Source of the DNA: Intoshia linei
Lineage: Eukaryota > Animalia > Orthonectida
Assembly: GCA_001642005.1 (NCBI GenBank)
Contig: LWCA01000029.1
Location: 9,914-73,913 of the forward strand
Length of the DNA: 64,000 nucleotides
Direction: 5' to 3'
Shown: one piece after another, positions 59,684-64,000 of the stretch
Layout: the number at the start of each line of letters is the position of its first letter
Numbering within the stretch: position 1 is the first letter of the stretch
Program-made: the position numbers and the translations under genes
Notes under the pieces: generated by a model
Seen by the model: only the letters and a program-made list of their open reading frames with translations
What the model was told of the DNA's origin: nothing
Databases searched by the model: none

Positions 59684-62326
59684 TTAAGAAAAATGAGGAA
59701 CGGACATAAAACACCCGAGAGTTGTAAATATTGTCATAAGAGTAAAAGTAATTAAGCAAAATCTATCAATGACCATAGCTGCAAATTTCCAGTCGTTAAT
59801 TTCTTCATCAGATTGATCGCCATCCTTAATTTTATGAGTAATAAATCTAATTTCATTGAGTATTTCCAATAATTCTTTTTTAATGATTGATTCAGTAGTA
59901 CTATGAAATTTAAATGCTTGATTGGCTTGTGTATCATAAAGCAAATAATCATTTTGTGGAATTGCGTTATCCATATTTGTAATGTTGCTAATTAAACTCA
60001 CTGAAAAGGGTTTTTGTGATGCTAATTTTCGTATTTTAGATTTTCGCAACAAAAATTCTCTTGATAAATCTTTACCAGGTCGATGCATGTGAAGAATCCA
60101 GGCTAACCATTCGCATACAACAATTCGTATCTAAACTTGTTTAATTGGCACTGTGTGTTTGTAATGTTATAAAAGTCTACTCTATGGATAGACGGTCTTA
60201 ACCTTATTTCTTTATACAATTTTAAATCTTAAAATTAACGTCACTTATAAATAAAATATTGCTTAGTGGTAGACCACCACTGGTGGTCTATATTTAAAGA
60301 ATAAAGGTTTAATTACCCAATTTGGCATTATGTACATTGTTGGTTTACGATGATGCAAGTTTAATATAAATATGGCCATAACCACTGATACTGTGCACAT
60401 TAACATGACAGTTTGAAAGTATACTCCTTTTTTAATATAAATAATATAATACATGATATAATGTATGATGTAAATTAAAATGTAATATTATTACATATAA
60501 TAATTACCTACTATTGGAACCGACATGGAAGTAGTTGGCACAGAATCCGCTACAATTAATGAAAAAACGCTTAAGGATAGCAATATTGTTACACCTATTA
60601 TTTAATTATTGGTAAATAGTCATTAAATTAAGCATGACAAGTTTGCAAATTTTTTGATGTAAATCGCCCATAATAAAATTTTTTAAAGTTGAACAAAAAA
60701 TTTCATTTTTTTACGTACCCAAAATATCACTTTAAAATATTTAATTTTTTTTTGGAATCTTTGAAACTCTTCATATTCTTCAAATACCTAATGAAACTTT
60801 TTCGCCGGAATCTTGAGGTAATAGAAACATTATCATTGTTAATGACGAAATAAGTGCACATGGAACAATAATATTAAATCCGTAGTATAGAGCTCGTCGC
60901 CTTATGTGTATTATAAATGTAATGTCAATGTATCTAAATTGGAAATTTATGGTTATATTAAAATTAAAAGCAAAACTCTTCTGGACAACATTCATATTTG
61001 ATTACGTTTCGTGTGACAGGAGTTTCTATAAAATTAATAATACAATTGAATCTACATTCTAGAATATTGTTAAGATGATTAATTTAATCATAATTATCTA
61101 TAAATTATTATTATAATACTATAATAATAATAATAATAACACGGATACCACACTGTGTTCACGTTTATTAGAACATAATGATAAATTGTTTTTAAAAATT
61201 AAAAATTAGTAAAATATTGAACAACTTTGGAAATGTAAGAAAAGCTCTTAGAAGACCTCATATAAAAAAATTAATATAGAAAAACGTTTAAAGTGGGCTC
61301 GGTCATATATTAAAACTGATTTCTTGACTGTAATATTCACTGATGAAATGAGAACTACGCTAGACGGACCAGATGGTTGGTCTCGAGGTTGGGTATGTGA
61401 CTCAATGCAAACGCCTGAGCAGATGAGAGACAAATGGGTGGTGGTGGGTTATGATCTGGGCAGCTATCTGTAATGGTTCATTAATTGGCCCTATAAGAAT
61501 CAAAGATGGTATAAAGATTAATTCCTACAATATAAACTATTATTGGAAGAAGGGCTATTTAAATGGATAGGAAACGAAGAAGAATTTAAGCGTCAAAATT
61601 TTATAGTTCAACAAGATAATGCCCGTCTCACTCATCTGCATTGACGAAAGAATTTTGGAAAAATAAAGGAATTCATGGTGATAAATTGATGATTGACCAT
61701 ATTTATGCTGCCTTATTCCCCTGATTTCAATTGTATCGAGAATTTCTGGTCAATTATCAAACGGTAATATTTATTTTAGACGTATATATTCTGGTGGTCA
61801 TCAATTTCAATGTAAAAATGATTGATGACGCAAAATTAAAATTGTCGCTAGTGAAGTCACAGAAGCTGAAATATAGAAACTTACAAGTTCAATGGATAGC
61901 AGATTAATCAAATTGTTAGAGAAACAAGGTGGTCAAATATCTATATAGTAATTAAAATTATTTTTTATCAATTAAAATCAAAAAAAAATCACTTTTAACA
62001 AATATTCTAATAACTGTGGACAGTACTGCATAATTCGATTTTTATTAATTGAAAAATGTAAGTGATGATTTCAGTTTCAAAAAATCAAAGTAAAATATAA
62101 TTTACTAAGATGCTCTTCTCATTTCACTCAATTGTAAGTACTTAAATCATTGGTGAAATATATTAATGACATAAGTTAGTTATGTTTTAATAAACGTGAA
62201 CGCTGTGTAAAAGTAAAGTAAACCAACTATAAGCCATTCACCACTTTCTTGGTATGTACTTCTATCTATTACGTCGGCTTTTTTTGTTAAATTAATCTTA
62301 CTTCCATCATATGTCCAAGATCCAAA
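59684..62326 (-). CDS. Second alpha7-like nAChR alpha subunit (gene B), 3' part; 5' exons presumably beyond the window
   Basis: Exons 62326-62224 (FGSWTYDG), 61025-60977 (YECC), 60933-60788, 60594-60508, 60426-60317, 60130-59684; internal exon sizes identical to gene A (103/49/146/87/110). Confidence 0.93.
61151..62207 (+). mobile_element. TRT (DD37E)-like Tc1 element, decayed
   Basis: ~28-bp imperfect TIRs CAC(T/A)G(T/C)GTTCACGTTTATTA.AACATAA; [59 protein letters not shown] spacing cannot be counted because of indels. Confidence 0.8.
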
Positions 62327-63156
62327 CTAAAAAGTTTTTAATGTTGTAGAAAAGTGGTATGCAATCTATCTAGTTCTAAGTGCACACCCTGCGGTCGTGA
62401 GATACACTGTACAATGTACACCCTGATCTAGTTGAAAGGATCGTTGTTTTGAAATGTAATATAATTCAAGTCAAAATAAAACATGAGATGGATACGGTTG
62501 GTGCGTAAATTCTTGTAACAAATCGGTTATTATGTTTGACCGTATCAGTACATTTACACGGGATATACAAACAAAATATAATTAAAAAATCAATTTTTAA
62601 TGATAGTTCATTATAATGAATAAATCGAATTAACTTAATTATACATAAACCAAATTTAAGACAAATGGCCCTGCCTAAATCTCAAAATTTCATCATGAAT
62701 CTGGTAAATAATTCTTTACAAAAATAAGAAGACAATTACAAATAATTGAAAAGATATCTGCGAAAAAATATAATATGGAAATTTTAAAGCTTTAATGTAG
62801 TACAGTGGTTAAGTTCCAGATTGGAGTCCAAAACTATAACCTGGCGAACCGTGAGATTCAAATAAAATAGTAATTTTCGGAGATAATATTTATTAAGATT
62901 ACAATCTATATCTGATTTAATTTAATATTATTAGTTTTACTTGAAGTCTTGTTTATATCCTAGAATGTAATAATAAAGTTATAGTTTAGTGTAGTCAGTG
63001 CTACTCCTCCCTCTTAAGATTTTTAAAAGTCATCACATAATCTTTTAAAAAGGATGGTTTAGTAATTTTACGATAGGGACGTTGAGTTTTTAATTTGATA
63101 GGATTTTTTTTGTATAATATTTTGTGTTATGTGAAGTTAAATTGGGTACAGATTTA

Positions 63157-63950
63157 TCATAATTTTTTTATTTTGTTTTTTATATAATTGAAATTTAAAA
63201 TGTTAAGGCTTTTTAATGGTACCTTCATAGTTTTTCTATATAACATTTCATATGGAAATTTTCCTGTTTTTATGTTAGGAGTTTTCTTCAAAGTGAATAA
63301 AATCATTTCGATTTGATCGTTCCAATTTTCATTAGAGTCGATATCTATTATTCTCAATTTATCTCTTAATGTTCTATTGAGCCTTTCTACTAATCTGATA
63401 CTTTGGTGATTATAAGTTTTGCACGACGTTTTTTTTATATTACATTGTCGACATATTTCTTTCACTAGTTCTGATTCGAACTGGGTTCCATTTTCAGTGT
63501 GCAACTGATTGGGTACTCCATGCCTGGCTATAATATTATTTACTATAGCCATTTATATAGTCTCTTTGGTAATATCAGTTATTGGGATTGCTTCATGCCA
63601 TGAAGTGAAATGATCAACCATGGTTAATATATGGCCGTTACCACTTATAGGTAAAAGTCCTAATATATCACATTCCCATAATTCATTGAATTCAGTTGTG
63701 TTTATTTGATTCAGTGGATATTTATGATGTTTTCTCCCAGTTTTTGCAATATTGCATGTATCACATTCTGTAACATATTTAACTACATGATCATATATTA
63801 GGCCAATATAAATACTGTGCAATACTACTTGTAGTCCCGCATATTCCGAAATAAATGGCTAATTTTGAGTTATGAAAAAATTTTAGTACATCTTTTATTT
63901 TAGATTTCGGTACTAATGTTTTTTTATTTCCGTTATTTATAAAAATTATT
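63157..63950 (-). mobile_element. Gypsy-type integrase remnant (LTR retrotransposon or Gin/Ginger)
   Basis: VVKYVTECDTC (zinc finger), WECDILG, LTMVDHFT, RHGVPNQLHTENGTQF, VERLNRTLR; in-frame stop at 63553-63555; lies in an intron of nAChR gene B. Confidence 0.85.
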
Positions 63951-64000
63951 ATATCATTTTGGATTAAGCATTTTTTTGATATTTTAACATATATATTGTT

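Overview
AT-rich animal nuclear DNA with a bimodal intron structure: many 35-60 nt GT-AG introns alongside 0.5-5 kb introns filled with transposon debris. This is consistent with a compact spiralian genome such as the orthonectid Intoshia (inference, not verified). Host genes are MADD/Rab3-GEF (+, partial), RFC4 (-), an unidentified multi-exon gene (+), MED12 (-) head-to-head with NDUFS2 (+), liprin-alpha (+), a 5'-truncated septin (+), and two tandem alpha7-like nicotinic acetylcholine receptor genes (-). Mobile elements include a multicopy non-autonomous Helitron family, several Tc1-family elements (Tc3-like DD34E, TRT-like), a Chapaev3 element with TIRs and TSD, hAT elements and MITEs, MULE and P-like remnants, a foldback-like MITE and a Gypsy-type integrase. 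The most notable finding is in the complete nAChR gene. It has a tandemly duplicated, phase-incompatible exon 2 (2a/2b, predicted mutually exclusive). A 19-bp intronic RNA stem brackets exon 2b and a second hairpin masks the exon 2a acceptor, which together suggest an RNA-structure-controlled splicing switch.
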